Positions 51,241 through 60,362 of a DNA stretch of 64,000 nucleotides are shown one piece after another. Position numbers and translations under genes: made by a program. A model generated the notes under the pieces. It saw only the letters and a program-made list of their open reading frames with translations, ran no database searches and was not told the origin of the DNA. Each line of letters begins with the position of its first letter. Position 1 is the first letter of the stretch. Source of the DNA: Candidatus Poribacteria bacterium (GTDB lineage: Bacteria > Poribacteria > WGA-4E > PCPOR2b); contig OZ244587.1 in NCBI GenBank assembly GCA_965218095.1, positions 4,896,001 through 4,960,000 on the forward strand, read 5' to 3'.

Positions 51241-51252
51241 GAGGTGAGAGGA

Positions 51253-52065
51253 ATGGCAAAACGCCCTATTTTTACCCCTGATTTCAGCGATTTTCCTTAT
51301 GTTAAAGCGGTGGACATAGAGTTTCGATGGTATTCTGGTTTTGCAAAATCGCAGCTCCAAAAATCCATCGCCTCCCTACACAAAGCCGCTGAGGATAAAG
51401 GCATTGCTCCAATTTTGGAAATCTCAGGAAAATCTACTTCAGCCTTGGGTGTTTCATTGAGTGCTTTTAATCTCCCTTTAAAAACGACAAACGGACAAAC
51501 GTTGAGCGTGGAATGTGCCTATCAAGGAAGCAAGGTGTTTGAAAACGGTGGCCCCTACCAAGATCTGTATTCGGTCTCGAGTCGAGTGGCGAAAACCGAC
51601 GAGCGGTTGCGGAATTCGGGGGAGCTAATTGCTTTTGACTTCTTCGGTGAAGACTTTCCCATAGAACCCCAAACAGCTTTCTACGACTGGTTATACCTGA
51701 CTGCGCTTTGGCAGAAAAATCCAAATATAGCAAAAGAAGAGCTTGAACCGTTTGAAGGGTTTTCAGATATAGTCTTTAATCCGCAACGATCTCTCAATTG
51801 TCAAGCACGTACCGCCGCGCTTTTTGTTTCGTTAAGCAAAGAAGAGTTGCTTGATGAACAGTTTCTCAATAAGGATTGTTATCTTGAACGAATGGCTTGC
51901 GACTTGGATTGCAACTCAGATAGTCGGAACCGACAAACCGAGCTGACTGCACACCAACTCTATCTATGGCCATTCACTGAAAAATTTAAGGCTACTAAGT
52001 TCCTGTTAATCAACCTAATCGGGTTAAAGGAAATTCATCATGGCAGTACCACAACCGGAAAGTAA
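51253..52065 (+). CDS. DarT1-associated NADAR-type antitoxin (DUF6977-like)
   Basis: MAKRPIF, GFAKSQ.QKSI..LH, LEISGKS, LSAFNL, YQGSKVF, FYDWLY, FNP..SLNCQA. Confidence 0.82.
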   Translation: MAKRPIFTPDFSDFPYVKAVDIEFRWYSGFAKSQLQKSIASLHKAAEDKGIAPILEISGKSTSALGVSLSAFNLPLKTTNGQTLSVECAYQGSKVFENGGPYQDLYSVSSRVAKTDERLRNSGELIAFDFFGEDFPIEPQTAFYDWLYLTALWQKNPNIAKEELEPFEGFSDIVFNPQRSLNCQARTAALFVSLSKEELLDEQFLNKDCYLERMACDLDCNSDSRNRQTELTAHQLYLWPFTEKFKATKFLLINLIGLKEIHHGSTTTGK

Positions 52066-53218
52066 ATTTATTGAACTGAAGCCATTTTCAGATGAAATGG
52101 TTGTTAGCATGGGGCCACAGCACCCAAGCACCCACGGGGTTTTAAAACTTGAACTGAAACTGGATGGAGAGATTGTCCGAGAAGCGACTCCTCATATTGG
52201 GTATCTGCACCGCTGCTTTGAAAAACATTCTGAGAATCTGAATTATCAGCAGATTATTCCGTTTACCGACCGGATGGATTATATTGCAGCGATGAATATG
52301 AATTGGGGATTCTGTCTGGCGGTTGAGAAGCTGATGGAGGCGGATGAAAAGAAATCCTCCGGTATTCCCGAACGTGCAGAATACCTGCGTGTGCTCATCG
52401 GTGAGTTAAACCGAATCGGGAGTCATTTGTTGTCCTTCGGCACCTACGGCATGGATATTGGCGCGTTCACCCCATTTCTTTACGCCTTTAGAGACCGCGA
52501 GAAAATCCTCCTGCTTTTTGAAAAAATCTGCGGTGCACGATTAACGTACAATTATATCCGTGTCGGTGGAGTTTCAAGGGATACACCCCCGGGATTTCTT
52601 GATGAGGTTAAGGAATTTATCGACTATTTCGAGCCGAAGATCGATGAGTACAACGCACTACTCACAGCCAACCGCATCTTCATTAAGCGCACAGCAGACG
52701 TAGCTGTCATGGATACAGAAATGGCGATTAACTACGGTATCACGGGGCCAAACCTACGTGGGGCAGGTCTACAATGGGATCTGCGCAAAGATGAACCGTA
52801 CTCCATTTATGACCGATTTGACTTTGACATTCCGGTTGGCAAAGATATTCCGGAACTTGGTGTGGTTGCTGGCGACTGCTGGAGTCGGTATAAAGTTCGG
52901 ATGGACGAGATGAAACAGTCCGTGCGAATTGTCCGGCAGATCCTTGAGGAGGGGATTCCCGATGGACCAATTCAGGCTGAGATGAAAGCCGTTCGTCCGC
53001 CCAAGGGGGAGATCTTCTTCCGAAGTGAGGCGCCGCGTGGAGAAATTGGATTTTACATTGTGAGCGATGGCACGCCAAAGCCGGTTCGAGTCAAAGCCAA
53101 ATCCCCCTGCTTTACAGCGTTGAGCGCGTTTCAGGAGTTGAGTCGCGGATTGATGGTTGCGGACATTATCGCGATTATCGGCAGTATTGATATTGTCATG
53201 GGAGAAGTGGATCGCTAG
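52040..53218 (+). CDS. nuoD: NADH-quinone oxidoreductase subunit D
   Basis: GPQHPSTHGVL, GYLHR, EAPRGE, GEVDR end. Confidence 0.97.
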   Translation: MAVPQPESKFIELKPFSDEMVVSMGPQHPSTHGVLKLELKLDGEIVREATPHIGYLHRCFEKHSENLNYQQIIPFTDRMDYIAAMNMNWGFCLAVEKLMEADEKKSSGIPERAEYLRVLIGELNRIGSHLLSFGTYGMDIGAFTPFLYAFRDREKILLLFEKICGARLTYNYIRVGGVSRDTPPGFLDEVKEFIDYFEPKIDEYNALLTANRIFIKRTADVAVMDTEMAINYGITGPNLRGAGLQWDLRKDEPYSIYDRFDFDIPVGKDIPELGVVAGDCWSRYKVRMDEMKQSVRIVRQILEEGIPDGPIQAEMKAVRPPKGEIFFRSEAPRGEIGFYIVSDGTPKPVRVKAKSPCFTALSAFQELSRGLMVADIIAIIGSIDIVMGEVDR

Positions 53219-53338
53219 ATTAGGTTTTGGGTATTAGAGGGTTAGGCGTGAGTCTCTGTATGCTTAATACATTTGCTTCGTTCAAGGGCAGGTCTAAGTC
53301 CTAATACCTATTTCACGCATCACGCATAAGGAGTTGGA

Positions 53339-54568
53339 ATGCCACTCGGTCTACAACATCTTGTTGATAATTTCCCTCAATTTTTTGTACAGGCATCCGG
53401 AAACTGGGCGCAGCAATTCATTCAGAATCATGTCCCGCTTTTGGACCATTTGCCCCCTTCGATCAGCGAGCTCGCGATTATGCTCGCGTGTTGTGCAATT
53501 TTCGTCGCTGTTGTTCCCCTTATACCGTTGGGGCTCGTTTTAGCCGAAAGGAAAGTATCAGCACACATTCAAGATCGGGTTGGCCCGATGCGAGTTGGCC
53601 CACATGGTACCCTCCAAACGTTAGCGGATGGAATTAAACTAATCTTCAAAGAAGATTACATTCCACGACAGGGGGATAAGCTGCTCTTTGTTCTTGCTCC
53701 ATATATTATTTTTTCCTGTTCCTTTGCTGTATTTGCCGCGATTCCTTTCAGTCAGTCCATTTTAGTGAGTAATCTTAATATTGGCATCTTTTATATCATG
53801 GCGATTTCCTCTGTCATTGTGATGGGCGTAATTATGGCAGGTTGGGCTTCTAATAGCAAATGGTCGCTGCTCGGGGCAATGCGATCGGCTGCTCAAATTG
53901 TCAGCTATGAAATCCCGATTGGTCTCTCCATTTTGACTGTCGTCATGCTTGTGCAGACCTTGAATATGCAGGAGATTGTCAATGAACAAGCCGGAATATG
54001 GAACTGGCTTATCTTTCGCACGCCGTTCACCTTCATCGCCTTCTTTATTTTCTTTATATCGTCAATTGCTGAAGTCAACCGAACCCCCTTTGATCTCCCG
54101 GAAGCGGAATCTGAACTGGTTGCCGGGTTTCATACCGAATATAGCGGTATGCGCTTTGCGTTTTTCTTCATCGCAGAATATGCGAATATGTTTGCCGTCA
54201 GTGCAATCGCAGCAACCCTATTTCTCGGTGGTTGGCAAGGGATTTTACCGGGGTTCTATATCCTTGGTGGATTCCCCGGCCTAGTTATTAAGACACTCTT
54301 TTTAGTTTTCGTTATGATGTGGATAAGATGGACTTTGCCACGCCTCCGTGTTGACCAACTGATGAATCTGTGCTGGAAGTATTTTATTCCAATTTCATTT
54401 TTCAATATACTGGGCGTTGGAATATGGGGGTTGATTTTTCAAAGAGACTCTTTATTAAGTATTGGCATTAGCCTGGTCATTATCTTTTTGGGATTCATTG
54501 GCACATTCGCCTTATTCGGCAAAGGGTTATCTAAAGCCCCTGCGCCTCAAGCAAGTTCAACGTCATAA
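53339..54568 (+). CDS. nuoH: NADH-quinone oxidoreductase subunit H
   Basis: ERK...QDRVGP, NRTPFDLPEAESEL, PRLRVDQL. Confidence 0.97.
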   Translation: MPLGLQHLVDNFPQFFVQASGNWAQQFIQNHVPLLDHLPPSISELAIMLACCAIFVAVVPLIPLGLVLAERKVSAHIQDRVGPMRVGPHGTLQTLADGIKLIFKEDYIPRQGDKLLFVLAPYIIFSCSFAVFAAIPFSQSILVSNLNIGIFYIMAISSVIVMGVIMAGWASNSKWSLLGAMRSAAQIVSYEIPIGLSILTVVMLVQTLNMQEIVNEQAGIWNWLIFRTPFTFIAFFIFFISSIAEVNRTPFDLPEAESELVAGFHTEYSGMRFAFFFIAEYANMFAVSAIAATLFLGGWQGILPGFYILGGFPGLVIKTLFLVFVMMWIRWTLPRLRVDQLMNLCWKYFIPISFFNILGVGIWGLIFQRDSLLSIGISLVIIFLGFIGTFALFGKGLSKAPAPQASSTS

Positions 54569-54582
54569 AGGAGGTGTTCGTC

Positions 54583-55254
54583 ATGCGCACATATTTTGAA
54601 AACATCTATACGGGGGTTTATACCGTACTTGTCGGTCTAGCTATTACCATGAGACAAATGTTCAAGGAATCCGTCACGCACCAATACCCCTATCAACATT
54701 CCTTCGAGCGGAAAAAAAATGTACGTGATATTCCCAAGGGCTATCGAGGAAAGCTAGACAACCGTGTTGAGGACTGCATCGGTTGTAAAAAATGCGAGCT
54801 GATCTGCCCTGTCGATTGTATTATCATTACCACGCAAAAGCTTCCTAAAGGGGAAAGACTGTGGGATAGCATGAACGTGGTTCATCTCAAGGATAGGACA
54901 GAGATTGTCGGAAATATTGAGGGAGACGAAAAACCCGCTCCCAATACAATTGTTACAATTAATACACGCGATGAGAGAGCAGTCACCGTTTCAAGTGAGG
55001 AAATCGCTAACATCGTTGAACGTAAACCGGTGATTTTTTACCTCGATCAGTTTGACATCGATATGTCCCTTTGCATGTATTGTGGACTTTGCACTGAGGT
55101 CTGCCCAACAGAGTGCTTGATTATGTTCGATAATCTTCGAGATGGCATTGAGTACTCAACCTTCGATCGGACAGACCTGATTTACGAATTTGCAAAACCA
55201 GAAATGTACGAGCAGCCGAGTGATGAATCAAGCGAAGCGGAAACTGCTGACTAA
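54583..55254 (+). CDS. nuoI: NADH-quinone oxidoreductase subunit I with internal insertion
   Basis: CIGCKKCELICP and CMYCGLCTEVCP ferredoxin motifs; position between nuoH and nuoJ. Confidence 0.93.
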   Translation: MRTYFENIYTGVYTVLVGLAITMRQMFKESVTHQYPYQHSFERKKNVRDIPKGYRGKLDNRVEDCIGCKKCELICPVDCIIITTQKLPKGERLWDSMNVVHLKDRTEIVGNIEGDEKPAPNTIVTINTRDERAVTVSSEEIANIVERKPVIFYLDQFDIDMSLCMYCGLCTEVCPTECLIMFDNLRDGIEYSTFDRTDLIYEFAKPEMYEQPSDESSEAETAD

Positions 55255-55315
55255 TTCGGGGCAGTGAATTGTGACGTAAGCCCTCAAACCCAAAATTGAT
55301 AAATTTGGTCGACTC

Positions 55316-55834
55316 ATGGCATTGAATTTTCAACAATTGGTGTTCTATCTTTTCGCCCTGCTAACAGTTGGATCGGCGATTATTGTTGTGACGGTGAAAA
55401 ATATCGTCCATGCTGCTTTCTCGCTAATGGTTACGCTCTTTAGTGTTGCAGGGCTTTATGTTTTTTTACAAGCAGATTTTCTTGCCGCAACACAGGTGAT
55501 TGTCTATGTCGGTGGAATCCTGGTGCTCATTCTCTTTGGGGTGATGATGACCAGTGGCCGCTTGGACATGACGTTGCGGCTTGAGCGCGGACAGCTATTC
55601 TGGGGTGGTCTGGTTTCCCTCATCATCTTCCTCCTTCTTCTGAGTGTTATTACAAAGACGCCACAATGGGAGAACGTCGACAAAGGCGCTTCGCAGGAAC
55701 CAACAACCCAAAAGATTGGCGAAATGATTATGCAGAAGGAATTTCTACTCCCATTTGAGATTGTCTCGATTCTACTCCTGGTTGCGTTGATTGGAGCAGC
55801 TCTAATTTCCCGTAAGGAGGTTCGGGAGGAATGA
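55316..55834 (+). CDS. nuoJ: NADH-quinone oxidoreductase subunit J
   Basis: QVIVYVGGILVL, PFE..SILLL. Confidence 0.96.
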   Translation: MALNFQQLVFYLFALLTVGSAIIVVTVKNIVHAAFSLMVTLFSVAGLYVFLQADFLAATQVIVYVGGILVLILFGVMMTSGRLDMTLRLERGQLFWGGLVSLIIFLLLLSVITKTPQWENVDKGASQEPTTQKIGEMIMQKEFLLPFEIVSILLLVALIGAALISRKEVREE

Positions 55835-56139
55835 GTTTACAAAATTATCTTGTCATCAGTATCATACTGTTCAGTCTTGGAATCTTCTGTGTTTTGACGC
55901 GCCGGAATGCTATCAGCATTCTGATGGGAATCGAATTGATTCTCAATTCTTGTAATCTCAATTTTGCGGCTTTCTCTCGCTTTGTTACTCCTCCTGACGA
56001 CATCAGTGGACAGATCATCGCGCTCTTTGGAATTGTCCTCGCTGCCGCCGAAGCTGCTGTCTTTTTGGCGATTATTTTGGCAATTTATAGAGAGTTCAGT
56101 ACCATTAGCCCGGACGAAACAGATAGTTTGAAAGGGTGA
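55831..56139 (+). CDS. nuoK: NADH-quinone oxidoreductase subunit K
   Basis: RRN, IELILN, AAAEAAV. Confidence 0.96.
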   Translation: MSLQNYLVISIILFSLGIFCVLTRRNAISILMGIELILNSCNLNFAAFSRFVTPPDDISGQIIALFGIVLAAAEAAVFLAIILAIYREFSTISPDETDSLKG

Positions 56140-56171
56140 GCCTCCGCACGCTTAATGAAGGAAATGAAAGA

Positions 56172-56586
56172 GTGGGACGTTTTGCTGTGGAATGCGAGTT
56201 GGCAAATAATGAAGATGTTGGCCTTGCACAACGCGGCTTGCTTCCTCCTGAGAAGATGTGTCAAGTCACAATTCAAGGCGTAGTAGGAACCAATACAATA
56301 CGGCTGAGTGATTCCCGCCAGTGTGGTAGAGCGGTTAGGTGTTCGTGAAACAGGTGAGACTTAGGTCCGTTATGCTGATGGATGCAAGGCAACACGGAAG
56401 CTGATCGCTAATGTTCGGGTGGAACTACTGGGACGTTAGGCAACTTTCCGTGCAGTTGTTGAACCCGATCGGGATTCTGTTCGGATTGGCTGGCCTGTCC
56501 TCAATGACCTAGATCTTGTCACGGATCATTCCGCGCAAACCCTAAGACCCCGTGACCCAAATTACATTATCTCAGAAATCGAGTGA
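56172..56586 (+). pseudogene. Degenerate clan AA (retropepsin-like) aspartic protease between nuoK and nuoL
   Basis: Catalytic DTG has decayed to GTN. Frameshift near 56307, VRYADG flap, IG..VL.DLDL motif, TAG at 56362 and 56437. Confidence 0.72.
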
Positions 56587-56611
56587 CCTCCCGCATTAGG
56601 AGATTTCTTAT

Positions 56612-58816
56612 ATGTCTGTTATACTTCTCATTAGCATCATTTTGCTTGCCCCCCTTGCCGCGTTTGCGTTTTTTGGTATCCTATCGCTAACCGGACGCAA
56701 TTACCCCCGCCAAGATCTTGTTTCAACGGCAGCGATGGTCATTGCATTCCTCTGCGCCCTCCTTTTATTTACAAAGATTATCGCCAATCCGGATCAATTC
56801 TCACAAGATGGAGCAGAGAGATACTCACTCACATGGCTTCCGCTTAGCGCGGTCAATTTTTCAATGGGATTCCTTTTTGACAGCGTGACATCAATCATGC
56901 TGCTTGTTGTCACGATTGTCAGTGGTCTTGTGCATATCTTCTCGATAGGCTACATGCACGGCGATCTCCGTTATCCTCGCTTCTTTGCCTTCCTCTCGTT
57001 GTTCTCTTTCTCCATGCTTTTCCTGGTTGTTTCTGATAACCTACTTGGCATCTATATCGGTTGGGAGCTTGTCGGCGTCTGTTCTTACCTGCTGATCGGC
57101 TTTTGGTTTGAAAGAGATGCGCCGGCGGATGCGTGTAAAAAGGCGTTCATGACGACCCGTGTCGGAGATGTCGGGATGTTCATCGGCATGATGATGCTTT
57201 TCGCCAAATTCCGTACTTTATCGCTTTACGGTGAAGATGGTATTTTCGCGTTAGCCAGCAATTTGACAGCAGGCGACATGACATGGCTTTCGGTTGCTGG
57301 CGTCCTGATTTTCTGTGGCGCTGTCGGCAAGTCAGCTCAAATCCCCTTGCACACATGGCTGCCGGACGCAATGGAGGGGCCCACGCCCGTCAGCGCATTG
57401 ATCCATGCCGCAACGATGGTCGCAGCGGGGGTTTATCTGGTCGCACGAATGTTCCCGATCCTGACGCCTGATTCCTCGTTGGTCATTGCTTACGTCGGCG
57501 GCATCACGGCGATATTAGCCGCCACGATTGCGATCGTTCGGTTTGACATTAAGCGCGTCCTTGCTTACTCGACCATCAGCCAACTCGGTTATATGATGCT
57601 GGCGATTGGGGCGGGGAGTTATGTTGCCGGACTTTTTCACCTTACCACACACGCATTTTTCAAAGCCCTGCTATTCCTGGGTTCTGGCAGTGTCATCCAC
57701 GCCTTTCATGCCGGCCACGATTCCCATGATGAAGACCATGCGCATGACGGTGAACATGGGCATACCGATGCGCACCAAGCTTCATTCGATAGCTTCGGCA
57801 TCGATCCGGCGCAAGATATGCGTCACATGGGCGGACTCCGTCACAAGATGCCGTGGACCTTCATAACCATGTTGGTTGCGACGTTGTCAATTTCCGGCGT
57901 GCCTTTTGTCTTTTCGGGGTTCTGGAGCAAGGATGCGATCTTAGGCGGCGTTCTTGAAAGGGCAATGGAGTGGGGGGATGTCCACTACTATATCCTGTTC
58001 GGTATGGCACTTTCCGCTGCGGGAATTACCGCATTTTATATGTTCCGCCTGATTTTCATGACCTTTACCGGCGAACCCCGCAATCGAGAAATGTACGACC
58101 ATGCACATGAATCCCCAAAGGTTATGGTGGTTCCGTTGATCATCTTGATGGTTCTCAGTTTTCCAATTGTCAACAAGTTGTCGTTTGAAAAACATGTAAA
58201 AGCCCCCAAACAACCACATGTGCATGCGCCTGAACATGCTATGAGAGGGGGCCAAAGCCAGCCAATCCTGCTCGCGCAAGCTGGTGTTTCAGATGCTTAT
58301 ACCGCTGAAGAAGAAACACATGGCGACCATGCGGCGGAAGTACATCACAGCCCCGCGCATACCATCGCGATGTCGTTATCGGTCTTTATCGCAGGACTGG
58401 GGATTTTGTTATCCTGGCTTTTCTATCATCGGAAGACTTTTTCCGCCGAGGCTGTAGCAGCGCGGTTCAGGCCAATCTACACGTTGTTTTGGAATAAATA
58501 CTACTTTGATGAATTGTACAATGGCGTGATTGTCGCGTTTACTGTTGTGGGCTCAAGAGCCCTTGGACACTTCGATTTGCGGGTCATTGATGGTATCGTC
58601 AACGGGGTTGGCTTCATCGTGCGCGCGATGCTTTCTCAGTTCATCGGCTGGTTCGATAACACCTTCGTTGATGGACTCGTCAATTGGATCGCTAAAATTA
58701 CTTGGTCAGTGGGTGGCAGAGTCAGGCGGGTCCAAACAGGTATGATTCAAAATTACCTGCTGGCTATTCTGGGCGGTGTTGTGCTGTTGATTTTGATTTT
58801 CCGTAGTTTATTATAG
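56612..58816 (+). CDS. nuoL: NADH-quinone oxidoreductase subunit L with His-rich loops
   Basis: WLPDAMEGPTPVSALIHAATMV, HAFFKALLFL. Confidence 0.97.
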   Translation: MSVILLISIILLAPLAAFAFFGILSLTGRNYPRQDLVSTAAMVIAFLCALLLFTKIIANPDQFSQDGAERYSLTWLPLSAVNFSMGFLFDSVTSIMLLVVTIVSGLVHIFSIGYMHGDLRYPRFFAFLSLFSFSMLFLVVSDNLLGIYIGWELVGVCSYLLIGFWFERDAPADACKKAFMTTRVGDVGMFIGMMMLFAKFRTLSLYGEDGIFALASNLTAGDMTWLSVAGVLIFCGAVGKSAQIPLHTWLPDAMEGPTPVSALIHAATMVAAGVYLVARMFPILTPDSSLVIAYVGGITAILAATIAIVRFDIKRVLAYSTISQLGYMMLAIGAGSYVAGLFHLTTHAFFKALLFLGSGSVIHAFHAGHDSHDEDHAHDGEHGHTDAHQASFDSFGIDPAQDMRHMGGLRHKMPWTFITMLVATLSISGVPFVFSGFWSKDAILGGVLERAMEWGDVHYYILFGMALSAAGITAFYMFRLIFMTFTGEPRNREMYDHAHESPKVMVVPLIILMVLSFPIVNKLSFEKHVKAPKQPHVHAPEHAMRGGQSQPILLAQAGVSDAYTAEEETHGDHAAEVHHSPAHTIAMSLSVFIAGLGILLSWLFYHRKTFSAEAVAARFRPIYTLFWNKYYFDELYNGVIVAFTVVGSRALGHFDLRVIDGIVNGVGFIVRAMLSQFIGWFDNTFVDGLVNWIAKITWSVGGRVRRVQTGMIQNYLLAILGGVVLLILIFRSLL

Positions 58817-58851
58817 GCTTCCGTTCACCGATAACAGGAGGATTTTACTGG

Positions 58852-60348
58852 ATGTTATTAACGTTGATGATTTTTGTCCCGCTGATAGGGATGATTACTG
58901 TTTTGTTCCTTCCGCGCGAGAAAGAGGAATATATTAAGCGAGTGGCGCTGGCTTTTACCTTTGTCCCGCTGTTTTTGGCAGTGATTCTTTTCGTTCAATA
59001 TAATGGAGATGATCCAGGGCTTCAGAAAGAAGTTGATGTTATGTGGATTAGCGCGTTCAATATCCATTACCACATTGGTATTGATGGGTTGAGCGTGACC
59101 TTGATTCTTTTAACCGCGTTATTGGGACCGATTTGTGTTCTTGCGTCATGGAGGAACATTGAGAAGGGCATCAAGGCGTACATGGCATTGTTTCTGTTGC
59201 TGGAAACGGGGATGCTCGGCTTTTTCACCGCTTTGGATCTGTTCCTCTTCTATGTCTTTTTTGAGCTGACGCTGTTACCGATGTACTTCTTAATCGGGAT
59301 ATGGGGCGGGCCTAGGCGTGAATATGCGGCGATTAAGTTTTTCCTATATACGCTCTTTGGCGGTGTACTGATGCTCATTGCCATGATCGCCGTTTATCTT
59401 AAGGGCGGAACCTTTGATATTCCAGAGCTGATCCGGCTTGCGAGTACCCCAGACCATCCGCTTGCGGATCGCGAGTTTCAGAAATGGGCATTCTTGGGTT
59501 TCTTTATCGGCTTTGCGGTTAAGGTGCCGATTTTCCCCTTCCATACCTGGCTTCCTGATGCCCATGTTGAAGCGCCAACCGCGATTAGCGTCATCCTTGC
59601 AGCGGTTCTCTTGAAAATGGGGACGTATGGACTGATCCGCATCAATTTTGAGATGTTGCCTGAAGGGATGGATATCTTCTGCAACGGCGAAGGATGGAAA
59701 GGGAATAGTTTAGCACTCCTCGGCTTTATCAACATTGTCTACGGTTCACTTTGTGCACTAGCGCAGACAGATTTCAAGAAACTCGTTGCCTACTCCAGTA
59801 TTGGGCACATGGGATTCGTCCTCTTGGGGCTTGCGGCGCGAAATGAACTTGGATTGAATGGCGCAATTCTTCAGATGTTCAATCATGGTGTGATTAGCGC
59901 AATGTTGTTTCTCTTAGTGGGTGTTGTGTATGATCGGGCGCACCACCGTGAGATCAACGGCTTCGGCGGACTCGGCGGCAAAATGCCGATATACACCGGC
60001 ATTACAACGCTGGCATTTATGGCATCTCTGGGACTGCCGGGACTCAGTGGGTTTGTTGGTGAGGCACTGTCCCTGCTAGGGGCATATAGTAAATTCCCAA
60101 TGCTGACCATCCTCTCAACAATTGGCATTGTTGTCGGTGCGGCTTACTTCCTTTGGACGTTACAGCGTGTCTTCCTGGGACAACTGAACCCAAAATACGA
60201 AGGCATATCCGAAATCAATGGACGCGAAATCGCAACATTAGTACCGTTGGGCATTTTAACGATTGTCCTCGGCATCTGGCCGTCCCTTGCGCTCGATATG
60301 TTTAGTCCAAAAGTAAATGACTTGCTTAAAGTTTTGCAGCTTATGTAA
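58852..60348 (+). CDS. nuoM: NADH-quinone oxidoreductase subunit M
   Basis: PFHTWLPDAHVEAPT, LLKMGTYG, YDRAH. Confidence 0.97.
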   Translation: MLLTLMIFVPLIGMITVLFLPREKEEYIKRVALAFTFVPLFLAVILFVQYNGDDPGLQKEVDVMWISAFNIHYHIGIDGLSVTLILLTALLGPICVLASWRNIEKGIKAYMALFLLLETGMLGFFTALDLFLFYVFFELTLLPMYFLIGIWGGPRREYAAIKFFLYTLFGGVLMLIAMIAVYLKGGTFDIPELIRLASTPDHPLADREFQKWAFLGFFIGFAVKVPIFPFHTWLPDAHVEAPTAISVILAAVLLKMGTYGLIRINFEMLPEGMDIFCNGEGWKGNSLALLGFINIVYGSLCALAQTDFKKLVAYSSIGHMGFVLLGLAARNELGLNGAILQMFNHGVISAMLFLLVGVVYDRAHHREINGFGGLGGKMPIYTGITTLAFMASLGLPGLSGFVGEALSLLGAYSKFPMLTILSTIGIVVGAAYFLWTLQRVFLGQLNPKYEGISEINGREIATLVPLGILTIVLGIWPSLALDMFSPKVNDLLKVLQLM

Positions 60349-60362
60349 TAAGGGAGGCAGGC

